The position numbers and the translations under genes were made by a program. A stretch of 64,000 nucleotides of DNA from contig NW_027361671.1 in NCBI RefSeq assembly GCF_039654945.1, forward strand, positions 91,512,001 through 91,576,000. The letters are read 5' to 3'. Numbering within the stretch: position 1 is the stretch's first letter; each line of letters opens with the position of its first letter. The notes under the pieces are model-generated. The model saw only the letters and a program-made list of their open reading frames with translations, made no database searches and was not told the DNA's origin. Source of the DNA: Dendrobates tinctorius (Eukaryota). Of this stretch, positions 37,592 through 51,838 are shown one piece after another.

Positions 37592-38040
37592 ACACACACA
37601 CACTGTATACACCACACAAACACACACACAGTATACGCCGTATGCATCACACACATACTGTATACGCCATATGCACCACACACACACATACACACTATAT
37701 ATTCCGTATGCAACACACACACACACAGACACACACTGTATACGCCGTACGCAGCCTCTTGAGCGAAACCACCAGCGGAACACTGTCGCACCACACACAC
37801 ACTATATACTCCATACGCGCCACACACACTGTATACGCCGTGCGCACCACACACACACTGTGTATGCTGTACACACACACTGTATACGCTGTACACACCA
37901 CACACAGACTGTATACGCCATAGGCACCACACACACATTGTATACGCCGTACGCACCACACACACTCTGTATATGCCGTATGCACCACACACACATACAC
38001 ACTGTATATGCCGTACGCAGCCTCTTGCGCGATACCACCA
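37592..38040. repeat. CA-rich minisatellite (CACACACTGTATACGCCGTACGCA-like)
   Basis: Visible tandem units next to the gap. Confidence 0.85.
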
Positions 38041-40548
38041 GCGGAACACCGTCGCAAACACGCCGCTGCCGGGATCAGCCGAATGATTCACTGACCACCG
38101 CCATCTTTGTACAGGAGGAGCACATGTGCAGTTTTTATGTGACTGCCGCTATCTGTCTGCTCAAAGATGGCGGCGGTCTGATTTACTGCGCATGCGTGAA
38201 TTCCGCGCTGGTACTGTGAATCATACTGCTGATCCCGGCCGCAGATGCGCGACGTGTCTACAGGCAGAGGAGGCTGGTCACACTAAAGGGGTTTTTCCAC
38301 AAGCGAAAGTTCATTTAAAAAATTGTATGTGTCTGACCGTGTATTGAGCATACCACATCTTCTCTCTCTCTCTCTCTCTCTCCCCGGCCAGCGGTTCCTT
38401 TAAACTTCCTCATTTTGCGGATCCGTCAAAAAACGGATCCTGTGGCATCCGTTCACATCAGTTAAGAACGGATCTGCTTGTCCGCCTTTTTGGCGGATTG
38501 TAACTGACACAAAAAACTGAAGTGTGAAAGAGGCCTAAGCAAGTGAGAACATTAACCCTACATATAAAGGGAATAATGGCAATAAAAAATAATAGTACAT
38601 TATAAAGTGCAAAAGAATGATGAGTGTGCAAACGTGAAAAAAGAGCAAAATTGGGATACATAAATATAATAAAAGAAAATAAACACAATAATAATAGTCC
38701 GGTTAAAAATCCAGACAAAATACATAGATATACAATATATATAGTACAATAAATGCATGAGATACACAGTGAATAACAATGGTGTGACATGTCAATGTGT
38801 AATATTCTTTCTTCCGTCAATTCTTTTCAGGTCCTCCAGAAGCTTGAAAAGAGGACACCGGAAAAACAATCCCCACCAAAGTCCGAAACACCACCCAAAA
38901 ATTGAAGAAAAATACAGAAAAGAATTGCTGAAAATAAAATAAAATAAGAAACAGGTGAGTATAAATGTAAAATAATAGAAATAAAATGGCACCCACAAAT
39001 GTAATAATAATCATAATAAAAATACATAATTATACCATACATATTATGTTTTTAATATACGCTATATACTGTATGTGAGACAATAAAAAGGTTAAAAAGA
39101 TCACCCAAAGGCACAAATATAAAAATCAGAGAAGTTTTAAACAAATAAGCATACAATAAACAATCATACTGTGGTCAAAGAAATGGGGCAAAACTATTGT
39201 TCTCATTGAGACCGAATGGTATGAATCTTAAAGTCTAAATGTTGACTTTAAGGTTCATACTGCTATTTAAAATAATTAGTTCTCATCCAACCAGCTATTT
39301 GTGGACTCCAGAAATTTTTTTTATTATGTTTTATGATTTTGTATTGTTTATAGGGATATGCTGTGGTATTTATGTCTGTGAATGTCCCTAATGTTATATT
39401 TCTTATTTTTCCAAATGCACCACTACTTTCCACTATCTGACACGAGTTGTATTCACCTTGGGAAAACATAACAGCATGGAGGACGGATGATATTTTTTTT
39501 TCTTCAGTTATATAATTTATTAAAAAATAATTTTTTCTTTACATTTTTTTTTGAGAATTTAATTATTAATTTTTTGTCACTAAAATACTAGATTGTTGGC
39601 CAATGAACATATTTGGATTAAATTGGGACTTTGGTAATAATAAATAATAACTAAAAGATATGTATTCCCTTTATTTCTTTGAAGTGCATTTGATTGCCGG
39701 GACAATGGTGCAACTACCTTTTAGTTGTCACATTTGTGACTTTTTGACATGGAGGGCCATCTGTAACATTTAGACACTATTTGACTCCCAGAGACAGCCT
39801 GAGTAAGGTGTCATCCGGTGCGTCAAGGTAGATCTTAACACCTATGAAGTCCAGGAGGCATTTAATAAATTGCACGATATCTTTAAATAAGTTTCAATGA
39901 GAATGTCAGGATGTAGGAAGGATAATGGAATTGACCTTTAAAAGGAACCTGTCACCCCCCCCAGGGCGTGTTTCAGTTAAAGAGCCACCTTCAGCAGCAC
40001 TAAGGCTGCATTCTGTGAAGGTGGCTCTTCTTTTTCTGACCCCTGGTAACGCTGAAATATCGACTTTTATAAATAGCTCCTCATACCTGTAATGTGTCCC
40101 ATAGGTATGGTGTGTCCCCCTGTATCAGCCGCCTACCATCCGTCCACCATGCCTCTGTCCTGTGTCTGGGCGCCTCCCACCATCCGTCCATCATGATGCC
40201 CCTGTGCGTCGCTGCCTCCTCCTGTTTTGAATGCCAGCGCCTCCTCTGTGACAAGAGTTCTCGGGCATGTGCAGTGCGCGCTGCCCGAGAACCGACATCA
40301 GGCTATTGCTCCTGTGTGTTGTGGAGGCCCCAGATCCCGCCCCGCAGTGTATTATGATGTATTCACACTGTGCAATAGCCTGATGTCGGTTCTCGGGCAG
40401 CACGCACTGGGGCATGATTGACGGATGGTAGGCGGCGTCCAGACACAGGACAGAGGCATGATTGACGGCGGGGAGGCGGCTGCTACAGGGGGAAACACCA
40501 TACCTATGGGACACATTACAGGTATGACGAGCTAGTTATAAAAGTCGA

Positions 40549-43500
40549 TGTAACGGGGTCTACCAAGTTGGGGTACCTCTTTCAGTGCCACCCCGTGTTT
40601 TCGGAGGTCCACTCTGCGTTGGCTGGAGTCTGAATGAATGACGCTGGCTGGAATTCCTTGGTTACATGGGCGCATATAAAAGATCACTGCTTCTCCATGT
40701 ATTTCCAGTCTGACAACACTTTACTCACAGGACACAGAATATATCACACAGATACAGAGGGCAGGCCAATAGAAAAGCGGCAGGCCAGACATACATTACA
40801 AAAGCCGCAGGTGGCCGGAGCCTGCCGATGTTTACTGTGGGAATTACAAAGGTGGGGGGAGGGCGGACAAAAGGAGAATATCGTGTCCCGTCTGCCCAGG
40901 GGCGCAGCCTGTGAACTGATGCATCTCACAAGGAACCTATTATACATACATATAACTGCACAACATATTCTGGGTGCTGAGTGGTTCTGTAGCGCGTAAC
41001 ATGGCTCCCCCTTTTCAGTGACGCGATCGGCATACACAGTCTGATCCTCAACGGATCGGTTTGGGGATGACCGAAGTTTATGGGGTTGGTACAAGTTCCG
41101 TTTGTCGACTTAGTCCATCGACGTTACCGTTTTGTTTGCCGGGTCTATGGTGGATGGTGAAGTCCAGAGGTTGTAGAGCTAAACTCCACCGCAGCAATCT
41201 GGCGTTGTCTCCGGAGACCCGATTAAGCCAGACTAGGGGATTATGGTCCGTTAGGAGGGAAAACTGTCGTCCATACAAATATGGTTGCAACTTCTTGAGT
41301 GCCCATACTACCGCCAAGCACTCCTTCTCGATGGCCGCATAGCTTACTTCACGGGGCAGTAGTTTCCGACTCAGGTAAGCTACCGAGTGTTCTTGGCCGT
41401 CCGGCCCGACTTGGCTCAGTACTGCCCCCAATCCAAACATAGAAGCGTCTTTGTGAACAAGGAAACGTTTAGTTGGATCGGGTGCGGCCAATACAGGGGT
41501 ATTGGTGAGGGCGTCCTTTAGTTGGCGGAAGGCTTCCTCACACTCTGAGGTCCAGGTTACCTGGCGGGGTTGGTTCTTACGGGTCAGATCAGTGAGGGGC
41601 TTTGCTATGCTGCTGTAATTGGGAACAAATTTCCTGTAATACCCCGCTGTCCCTAGAAATGCCATGATCTGGGTTTTAGTGCGTGGGATGGGCCACTTGG
41701 CTATGGCCTCAATCTTGGCTGGTTCTGGTCACTGTTTCCCACTTCCCACCAAATGCCCTAAATACTGAAACTCTGCTTTGCCCACGTGACACTTGTTTGG
41801 GTTCAGGGTGATTCCGGCCTGGTGGATCCTGTCCAATACTGTCTCTAGGTGATTTAGATGCTCTTCCCATGTCGCACTGTAGATGGCGATGTCGTCCAGG
41901 TAGGCACAAGCATAGTCCTGGAGACCATCCAGAAGCTGGTCAGCCAGCCTTTGAAAGGTCGCCGGGGCATTCTTCTTCCCGAATGGCATAACTCGAAACT
42001 GGAATAAGCCGAACGGGGTGACAAATGCCGACTTGGGAATAGCGTCAGGACTAAGGGGAATCTGCCAGTAGCCTTTGCATAGATTGATGGTGGTCAAATA
42101 CTTTGCCCCCGCCAGCCGGTCTAACAACTCATCCACACGCGGCATGGGGTATGCATCCGTCACTGTTTTCTCATTGAGCCTACGATAGTCTACACAAAAC
42201 CGTGTAGTCCCATCCTTCTTGGGCACTAACACTAAGGGGGATGCCCAGGGACTATCTGACTCTTCAATGACCCCTAAATGCAGCATCTCTTGTATCTCTT
42301 GTCGTATCCTCTCTCGTACAGACTCAGGGATGCGGAAGGGGTTTTGTCGCAGGGGGGTCTGATCCTGGGTCTCAACCTTGTGTTGTGCCAGGCGAGTGTA
42401 CCCTGGTCTCCCCGAAAACATCCTCTGTCGCTGCCTCAACAACTCCGCCTGCTGTCTCTCCCGGGGGCCTAGGTCTTCACCCAAGTGTACCTGGCCCCAT
42501 GTTTTAGACTGAGTCCTTTCCCCTAAGACATCTGGCAAGGCAAGTCCGGCTAAATCCTCTGCTTCAGGTGCACAGATGGTCACTACCTCTTCAGGACGCT
42601 CCCGGTAGGGCTTCAGCATATTCACGTGGAACATGCGGATAACCCTGGGGTCGTCACAATCGGCGAAATTATAGGTTGTGTCGGCTATTTTCCCCACTAC
42701 CTTGTAGGGCCCCTGCCATGCAGCTTGAAACTTATTCTGCTTAGTGGGCTCTAACACCAGGACCTTCTGTCCTATTTCCAAAGTGCGCTCTCTGGCCCTC
42801 CAATTGTACCATATGCGCTGGCGCCACTGGGTCGCCTGCATGTTCTCATGTACAGCCTGAGTCAGCTCCTGAGGGCGGTCCCGGAATTCCAGCACATAGG
42901 GTACAATAGGTACCCCTTCTATGAGGCCCTCCCCTTCCCAGTGTTCCAGCACTAAGTCTAGGGGTCCCCTTACCCGTCTCCCGTATACCAGCTCGAACGG
43001 GGAGAACCCCGTGGATTCTTGGGGCACCTCCCGATAGGCAAACAGGAGGTGTGGCAAGAATTTCTCCCAGTCCCTGTATGTCCTGGTAAAAGTCCCAATG
43101 AGCTGTTTTAATGTCCCGTTAAAGCGTTCACACAACCCATTGGTTTGCGGGTGGTACGGGGCGCTTCTAATGGACTTTACGCCGCACAGCTTCCACAGTT
43201 GGTTGGTCACCTCTGCTGTAAACTGGGTACCCTGGTCCGAGATAATCTCCCAGGGAAATCCAACCCGTGAGAACACCTGGAGCAGGGCGGCCGCCACCGT
43301 CTCTGCCAGTATGTTAGGTAACGCAACCGCCTCTGGATACCATGTGGCATAATCTACCACTGTCAATATATACTTTTTCCCTGATGGACTGGGTTTGGCT
43401 AACGGCCCTATCAGATCGACCGCTACTCGGCTAATTGGTTCCTCCACAATGGGGAGGGGCGTAATTTGGCCTTGCATCGATCCCCCCTCTTGCCAATGCG

Positions 43501-46078
43501 CTGGCAATTGTCACAGGTCTGGCAGTACTGACGAACATCATAGGTTACCCCGGCCAAAAGAAGTTTTGTGTCAGACGATGCCTGGTGCGACTGACGCCGA
43601 AGTGCCCGGCTAAGGGTATGTCATGAGAGATTTGCAGTAGCTCCTGCCTATACTTCTTGGGAACTACCAGCTGTCATTTTATAGTGGGGCTCGTCCCTGT
43701 GTGGTGCTGCTCTGTGATCCGGTAGTGGAGTCCCTGCTTCCATACAAACTGTTCCCCTTCCAGTACCCCTCTACCCTCCTGTGCCTTCCCACGATATCCC
43801 TCTAATGAAGGATCCTCAAGTAACTCCCTCTTAAATTCATCTGGGGTGGCCCAAGAAATGTGTCTGGCTATGGGAATACGTGTAGGGCTGGGATGTCTTA
43901 CATGGGCCTCCCCTGAGTGTGATTCCGCCTCCGCAGCTCGAGCTTGTCTCCGGGTGGTCACAGGATATGTCTCAGGCAGAGGGGCCACCGAGAATGCAGA
44001 CAACATGGGCCCCAAGTCATTTCCCAGCAAGACGTCTGCAGGCAAATCCTCCATCAAGCCAACCTCAACAAGGCCATCCCCGACTCCCCAGTTCAGGTGA
44101 ATCCTGGCAGTGGGCAGTCGATGTATGGCTCCCCATGCTACACGGACTGCCACTGTCCGGTCCTTCTCCTCTTGGTCCTGGATGAGATGAGGCTTCACAA
44201 GGGTCAAAGTTGCTCCGGAATCTCTTAGTCCCTGCACACATTTCCCATTAACCCACACGACCTGTCGATGCTGTTGTCGATTTTCTGCCTGGGCTGCCTG
44301 CACGGGGTCTACTTCATGCAGCACTTCCTCCATCTCTTCCACCCCTTGGTTAGTCGTAGCCCCCAATGCCGGGTCAGCTTCGCCTTGGTAGGAGTGTACA
44401 GCAGCCCGGCTGAAGGTAGCTGTTCCCGCCTTTGGCCACTGGGTATGCTGAGTCCGGTTGGGACATTGTCTTTGCAGGTGGTCCAGCTGACGGCAGGTGT
44501 GGCATCGCACCCCAGGGGGACTGTGGTAGGCCGGGTTTCTATCTGGTCCCCCTACAATCTTCGGTGGTTTGGGGCCCTCCAGGTCCATGGGCGGGCCCCT
44601 AGTGACCATCTTTGATCCGGACAACTGCGGCCTCCTGGCATCATGATGTTCATCGGCCAGACGAGCGGCTTCCTCAAGAGTCGTTGGCCGCCTGTCCCGA
44701 AGCCATTCCTGTGTCTCGGGGGTTAGTCCATTAAAGAATCATTCTAACAAGAAGAGCTGGAGGACGTCCTCCTTAGTGGTTGCTTGGCTTCCTTGTACCC
44801 ACTGTAGCAGTGACCGCCGTAATTTACAGGCCCATTCAGCGTGGGTATCGGTTACGCGTTTTATAAGTCCGCTGAACTTTTGGCGGTATGCCTCTGGTGT
44901 CAGCGCATACCGGGCCAAGATCACTTCTTTGATCCGCTCATAGTCCATACAGTCCTCATCAGGTACCGTGCGATAGGCGTCCGCTGCCCGGCCTGTCAGC
45001 TTGCTGGCCAGAATCTGAACCCGTTCCTCCGGCTTCACTCGATGAAGGGCACACTGCTGCTCAAAGTCCTGCAGAAAGCCATCAATGTCTTCCTCTGCCT
45101 CCCCCAACTGTCGGAAGGCATTATTCTGGATCTTTTTGTGGCTTACTGTTGAAGGTACCTGGTTGAAGGCCAGAGCTCCCCTACTCGCTGACTCTCCTCT
45201 CTCCGCTCTGCCATCTCCATCTTGGCAAGCTCCACTTTGGTCCGCTCTGCCATCTCCATCTTGGCTAGCTCTATCCTGGTCTGCTCGGCCATCTTTTCCT
45301 TCAGATCAGTACGCACATCAGCCATCACCTCTCGTATGATCTCTACCGCAGCGTTTGGGCCATAGAACGCCAATCTGTTCTTTACCTCCCTCTGGAATTC
45401 GGTCTCCTCCATGTTCACATTGGGGGGCGCTGCACTGTCGTGTTCCATGATGGCTGCTATCAAATCCGCTTTTGTTTTGTTGCTGGCGATCAACCCTCGG
45501 GCTTCCACCAGATCTTTTAATGTAGTCCTCTTTAACTTCTGGTAGTTGTTTTCCATTCATTCCTTTCCTCCTGTAGAAGGGGTATCATATCCCGCTGCTG
45601 CCACCAGTGTAACGGGGTCTACCAAGCTGTGGTATCTCTTTCAGTACCACCCCGTGTTTTCGGATGTCCGCTCTGCATTGGCTGGAGTCTGAATGAATGA
45701 CGCTGGCTGGAATTCCTTGGTTACATGGGTGCATATAAAAGATCACTGCTTCTCCATGTATTTCCAGTCTGATAACACTTTACTCACAGGACACAGAATA
45801 TATCACACAGATACAGAGGGCAGGCCAATAGAAAAGCGGCAGGCCAGACATACATTACAAATGCCGCAGGTGGCCGGAGCCTGCCGATGTTTACTGTGGG
45901 AATTACAAAGGTGGGGGGAGGGCAGATAAAAGGAGAATATCATGTCCCCTCTGCCCAGGGGCACAGCCTGTGAACTGATGCATTAGGAATATGCATCTCA
46001 CATGGAACCTGTTATACATACAGTACATATAACTGCACAACATATTCTGGGTGCTGAGTGGTTCTATAGCACGTAACA
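40549..46078 (-). mobile_element. Full-length Gmr1-type Gypsy LTR retrotransposon, degenerate
   Basis: LTRs 40549-41001 and 45608-46078, TSD GTCGA, PBS TGGTGGCAGCAGCGGGAT (tRNA-Leu-like), PPT GAAAAGGGGGAG; domain order gag-PR-IN-RT-RH. Confidence 0.92.
41078..45556 (-). pseudogene. Gag-pol (SAP-like, SCAN-like, zinc knuckle, protease, integrase, RT, RNase H) with stops and frameshifts
   Basis: CHTCRQLDH, LRDSGAT, VAVDLIGP...ISDQG...ERFN, YLDDI, DAS...EKECLA...TDH motifs. Confidence 0.9.
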
Positions 46079-46900
46079 GTCGATATTTCAGCGTTACTGG
46101 GGGTCAGAAAAAGAAGAGCCACCTTCACAGAATCCAGCCTTAGTGCTGCTGAAGGTGGCTCTTTAACTGAAAAACGCCCTGGGGGGTGACAGGTTCCCTT
46201 TAAAATTACGTTAGAGAGTATTTGGAACTTGCTATAAAATATGGAGCATTTGTACCAAATAATGAGGTGGCATAATGCGCTTTTACGCAAGCGCCAATGA
46301 GCGCTTTAAATATGTTAAAATATTTGACGTATCGCCGTTATGAAACATTTTTCTGATATGCCACAACCAATATGGCGATACAATGCGCTAATGCGCATGC
46401 GCAGACCGGTAAATGCCACACAAGTTATGCGATTGGCCAAAAGTCTATTACTCAGTGATGACGCGCTTGGACATGTGCAATGAGTGTAATGGTACGCTGT
46501 ATAGCGTTAATGGCATCTTCCATGAGGAGACATGTGATCCCCAGGGGGTAAGATAAAATATAATATGAAATTGAATGCTGGGCTAGACAGTAACTGAACG
46601 ATTCTAATAACAAATAATCAATGTATTGTTTTTACATAAGCATGGAGCACTTTGGCACTTATATGTGATATATGAGCTATATGAAATTGAATTATGCAAT
46701 AACGCACTTTAATGATTTTGTAATATGATATGATGTAATGCACTTTTATGAATGTATAATGTGATTGATTGCAATTAAGGATTGTTAAGATATAAATATA
46801 CACTTTTTTATGATACCCACTGCTTGAGAAAGGCTCAGTCAGAGCCAAAGCTTTGCTCAGACATGTGGGTTGAATAAATCCTGCACGTTTTTTCAGCTAA

Positions 46901-47780
46901 CGCTATGTGCACCCGTCGCGGTTTTTTCGCGGCGGTTTTAAACTCGCGATTTTGCCGCGAAAACGCGAAAAATAAGCATCCCATGCAATCCTATGGGATT
47001 CCGCAATGCTGTGCTAATGCTGCGTTTTTTTCCGCGGCGGAATCGCTTCGCGGTAAAAAACGCAGCATGCTCATAAATTTAGCGAAATCGCGGCGATTCC
47101 GCACCCATAAGATTGCATTGTTCCGCTTACTTCCCGCATGTGGCTGTGCCCACCATGCAAAAAGTAAGCAGAACATTTGCGGATGGTACCCACGGTCCGG
47201 AGGAGAGGAGACTGTCCTCCAGGCTTTGGGTACCATATCCCTGTAAAAAAAAAGAATTAAAATAAAAAATATTGTTAATCTCACCTTCCAGCGTCCCGCG
47301 CAGCCTTCCCGCCTCTCTCCACGCTCCCCGTCCCAGTAATCCTCTGCGAGAATGACCGCGAGACGTTGCACTCCCCGCGAGATCTCAACGTCTCACGGTC
47401 ATTCGAGCAAAGGATTACTGGGACTGGGAGCGTGGAGAGAGCCGGGAAGGCTGCGCGGGACACCGGAAGGTGAGAATAACAATATTTTTTATTTTTTTAA
47501 TTATTTTTTACATTTTATCTTTCTACTGACGCTGCATAGGCAGCCTCAGTAGTAAAAAGTTGGTCACACTCGTCAAACACTATGTTTGACGGGAGTGACC
47601 AACCTGTCAATCAGTTCTCCAAGCGATGCTCCAGATTGCTTGGAGAACGCTAGCATGTTGCAAGCTAATTACGCTTGCAAATCGCTAGTTTTTCCACCGG
47701 AAAATCGCTGGAATTTAAAATGCGAATCTGGGATTCTCGCGGTAACTTCCGCGAGAGTTCCGCTACGTGTGAACGTAGCC
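46901..47780. mobile_element. Harbinger-type MITE
   Basis: GCTATGTGCAC...GTGAACGTAGCC termini, TAA TSD; related to 59015-59828 in the opposite orientation. Confidence 0.8.
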
Positions 47781-48411
47781 TAAGAATATGGAATGCTGCC
47801 TTCATTTTTGAATCTGTACAATTAGGTCCAGAAATATTTGGGCAGTGACACAAGTTTTGACATTTCAGCTGTTTACCAAAACATATTCAAGATAAACTGA
47901 TATAATCAATGTGGGTTTAAAGCGCAGAATCTCAGTTTTAATTTGAGGGTATTCACAACCTAATTGCAGTAAGGGTTTATGGATTGAAGCTCTGTAATAT
48001 ATATGTGCCTCTTTTTAAAGAGACCAAAAGTAATTTGACAATTATCCCAAAAGCTATTTAACCCCTTTCCGACATCGGGCGTAATAGTACATGAGCCCAC
48101 ATCTTTTCCGGGACATGTCAGCTGTTTTGAACAGCTGACATGTGCCCACAATAGCCGCGGGTGGAATCGCAATCCACCCGTGGCTAATAACCAGTTAAAT
48201 GCCGCTGTCAAACTCTGACAGCGGCAGTTAAAAAGTGCTTCCGGCAATCGCGACGGAAATACACCCACCAGTGACCAGTGTCACGTGATCGCGCGTCACC
48301 GGTGTGTTGGCAATGCAACCGGAGGTCTCCGACCTCTATGGTTGTAAGTGTCGGCTTGCTGTGAGCACCACCCAGTGGTCGGCGCTCATAGCAAGTAAGC
48401 AAATCTGCTAT

Positions 48412-49913
48412 TGTGGCGCCCCTGGGGGTTCAGTCACCACAGAGGTACTGCACCTCACCCAGAGGTGTGGTTTCCCACATCCCAGGTAAGATGGAGGCGC
48501 CTGACAGGACTCTTAACACCTGGATGTACCCTACGGGAGGATGATCTCAACTCTGCCTGGGTGTTAAAGGGTGTTGGGAGGTGGGTGGAGCTAGTAGAAT
48601 GAGAGCGGGAGAAGAAAGTTGAGTCAGGGGAAGTCCACCCTGAGGGGAGGAAGTGGAAGGACATGTGTGAAGCAGCTCCGTATCAGGAGGAACTGTTTGG
48701 AAGGAGAGAGACTGAAGGAAGCTCCCTGAAGAGGGAAGGGATCCTAGAGGCACGGGCAGTGACCATACTGTCCGTGGGGCTCGTTCCACGCCAGTCAGCG
48801 TCGGGTGGAGGGATCAGGTCGCAGTATAGGGACTGGCCCTAAAACTAGTGGAGTGGACAACTGACTCAGCACGATCAACCAGAGGCTACGAGCATTGCAA
48901 GTGCTGCAGCCAAATCCACAATTATTCGCTGAAAAGGCAGACACATAGGATTCAGGGACCTAGAGGTTATTCACAACAAGATCTGAGTCTGCTGGCTTGG
49001 GACACTGTTTGTGAAGGTGCTGGACAGGAGGGAGAAAATCAGCACAAGGAGACGGCCAGGAAAGGAACACACTGAAGGGAGTTCTGGAAAGGTGTTCTCC
49101 ATCTGCCTGGGAGTTTGCTGGACCCCTCACCTGGAGGACGCAGCGCCAAGCGGGTATTCGTGTACACAGGAACTGTGAGTAAAGCTTTGGAACTGCACCC
49201 TACTGTGTCCTCCAATTCTTCCTGCGTCACCTACCTAACTCTGCTACATCTATCCTTATCAAATACAACATCTATTCTATCACTACTGCCATGGGACAAA
49301 AGATCTGCCTTTGGAGAGCTATTCCAACTCTGCTGCATCACACCATCAGTCCCAGAGGATCTGCACTGCAGCACTGGTCTCCTCTGACCAGAAACCACAG
49401 GTGGCGTCACAAACTTATCTGCACATAGACTTTATTTCTCATTAATTCTTATTTTTGTACAAAAGAGAAAAAAAGTGATGGCACTCACCGTTCAGTTGTG
49501 AAAATTCTTTATTAATTAAAAGGCATTGGCACGGGAGGAACGTACAGAGAGTGGACAACGGCCATTTCACGCACTTGCGCTTCAACGGGTCCTGAATTTT
49601 CACAACAGAACGGTGAGTGCCATCATTTTTTTTTCTCTTTTGTACAAAATCAGATTACATGTTTGCTTTTCTGGATTGAGCACCCATTCTGACGGTATTT
49701 TGGCGGTCAGTCCAGGTGTGTGATTTTCGACTTGAATAGCAGTCATGGAACTGCTTTGGGGTTAAGGAGCAGTGCCGAATCTTCTGTCTCTCTTATGTAA
49801 TTCTTATTTTTACCCATGGACGCTCAGGGCCATGGACCGGTCACTGCTGCCGTGACACATCCCTTTAAGTACTGACCCGGTACCGAGTAACCCACAGCAC
49901 TGGGGGTGCTCCA
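48412..49913 (+). mobile_element. Solo LTR
   Basis: TGTGGCGCCC...GGTGCTCCA termini with 4-bp TSD CTAT (48408-48411, 49914-49917). Confidence 0.8.
49457..49797. mobile_element. Penelope-derived hairpin insertion
   Basis: 14-bp TSD TAATTCTTATTTTT; ~55-bp inverted arms; hammerhead-like motif on the minus strand at 49553-49592. Confidence 0.7.
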
Positions 49914-50560
49914 CTATATAGAAGTGACCTGATCATCACCTCTATCTGATTATGGCAGCTTCTAGTCTCCTATCGAGACTATTGAAGCATGGCAAAAGTA
50001 AAAAAAAAGATGAACAGTCTGCAATAATTTAACATACCTGCAAGCTTTTGTTCCAAGCCCGGATGAACACTTTAACACCTTCCTCCGTAGTTAATTTTAG
50101 TTACAATTTCTAGTGTTTTGATTTCTTCTTTCGTGGCATTTTTATCGATTGGGTTAATTAATTTTATATTTTGATCGACCAGACTTTTATAAGCCCAGCG
50201 AAACCAAATATATATTTTTTTATTTTCTTATTTCTTTTTTTTTAATGGGGGAAAAGAGGAGGTAATTCAAACTTTCATATTTTGTAATTTTTTCACAAAG
50301 TTTTGTTTCTATATTTTTGTCCTCGCAGGATACTTGAACGTGTGATCAGCCAATCGCTTATACTATATACTACATTACAATACTATTTCAGTATTGCAGT
50401 ATATAGTGTAAATCTCGGTCTCTTTTGAAGCTCAGCATATAACTAAGCTTCAGGGGAGGACCAAGCAATGGGAACCTTCCATATGGCATGTTGGTTTTTG
50501 TTTTGAAGGTAATTTTTGTAAAAATGCAAGTAAGTCTAATGAGCTTACTTGAGGACTTGA

Positions 50561-50956
50561 AGGGGTATTCTCAAGTTAAGAAGTTATTCCCTATCCTTAG
50601 AACAGGGAAAAACTTCCCGATTGCTGTGAGTCTGGCTGTCGAGACCCTCAGCTATTATGAGAACCTGGACTCTTGAATGGAGAAGTGGAAGACCACGCGT
50701 ACTGCCACTTCACTCATTCCTAACGGGACCGCAGGACGTAGCCGAACATAGTGCTCCGTTGGTCTTCAGCATTCCCAGAAGGAATGAATGGAGCAGTATT
50801 GCGCATGAGAAACCATCGCTCCATTCGCACGGATGTCTTCAGAGCACCATTCTCTAGATTTATGGGAATCCTATTGTTCTGACCCCCAGAAATTGTGGGA
50901 ATCCTATTGTTCTGACCCCCAGCAATTGGGAAGAATACCAACTTGAGAATACCTCT
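50561..50956. mobile_element. Kolobok/T2-type MITE
   Basis: AGGGGTATTCTCAAGTT / AACTTGAGAATACCTCT TIRs, TTGA/TTAA flanks. Confidence 0.7.
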
Positions 50957-51838
50957 TTAAGCAAAAATATTTTAAATGCGTCATAATGAGACCAATCACT
51001 TTCTTTTATCTGTTAATAATTCTATCTGTATCCTTTATTATTGTGCGCCCTCTGCTGGCAAAAGTGAAACAATAACTAACACGGAAAAACTATCCAATAA
51101 TTGGGCCAAAAATATAAGGTATCTCCTATATAATTACTAACTCATCATATCAAGAACTGGAGAACTGTATATGAGTTCTATGTATTGGGATCAATAAATT
51201 CCCTCCTTGTCTTCCATAATAAATAACCCTTTCAAAATTCTGCACAAGCAGCTTTAGGATTCTATATAAAAAACAAAAAAATATTTTCTATTACAAAAAT
51301 TTTAATGTAGTCCATGTGTAAAGATTTTCTGAAATTTTATATGTCTATTTGATTTGAAGAAATAGTATATGACCTACAAATGAAACTTACCTTCTATGTA
51401 ACATAATAAAATAACATCCTTTATTATATTAATTTATGCCACTTGTTTACTAGAGTGTATCATGTGTTGTCTTATCATGCACTACCTTACAACCCTTATG
51501 GTTTTTTTTTAAATTGCCATTATATGTAATAAAGATTTTTGTACTGTCATTTTAAACAGAGTTGTCCAGTCCTTGATAGGATGAGTTAATAAATAACACA
51601 GATCTACAAAAAAATCAAAACACATTTTCCTCAGGTGTCAAGTTTTTTTGAAAGGATTTAGGGTATTTTGAGGGTGCTGAATTCAAAATTCCACTAGTTT
51701 TGCTGAAAAGTTTTTGAGATAATTCATCCATGAAAATAATGAATTACCCTCAATGTGACTTGTGTGTGATAACAAATGCAATAACTTTTGGTGTTTTGAC
51801 TCTTTAACAATGTCTTAGATAATGAAACATCCAATATC

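Larger units (their letters stand above)
39942..46199. mobile_element. Kolobok/T2-type palindromic MITE hosting a Gypsy element
   Basis: TIRs AAGGAACCTGTCACCCCCC / GGGGGGTGACAGGTTCCCT, TTAA TSD. Confidence 0.85.
48062..50530. mobile_element. piggyBac-type non-autonomous element fragment
   Basis: TTAA-CCCCTTTCCGAC terminus; interrupted by a solo LTR; right end not seen. Confidence 0.55.

Noticed and set aside
37297-38219. ORFs spanning the CA-rich repeat
   Set aside because: Artefacts of the N gap and minisatellite.
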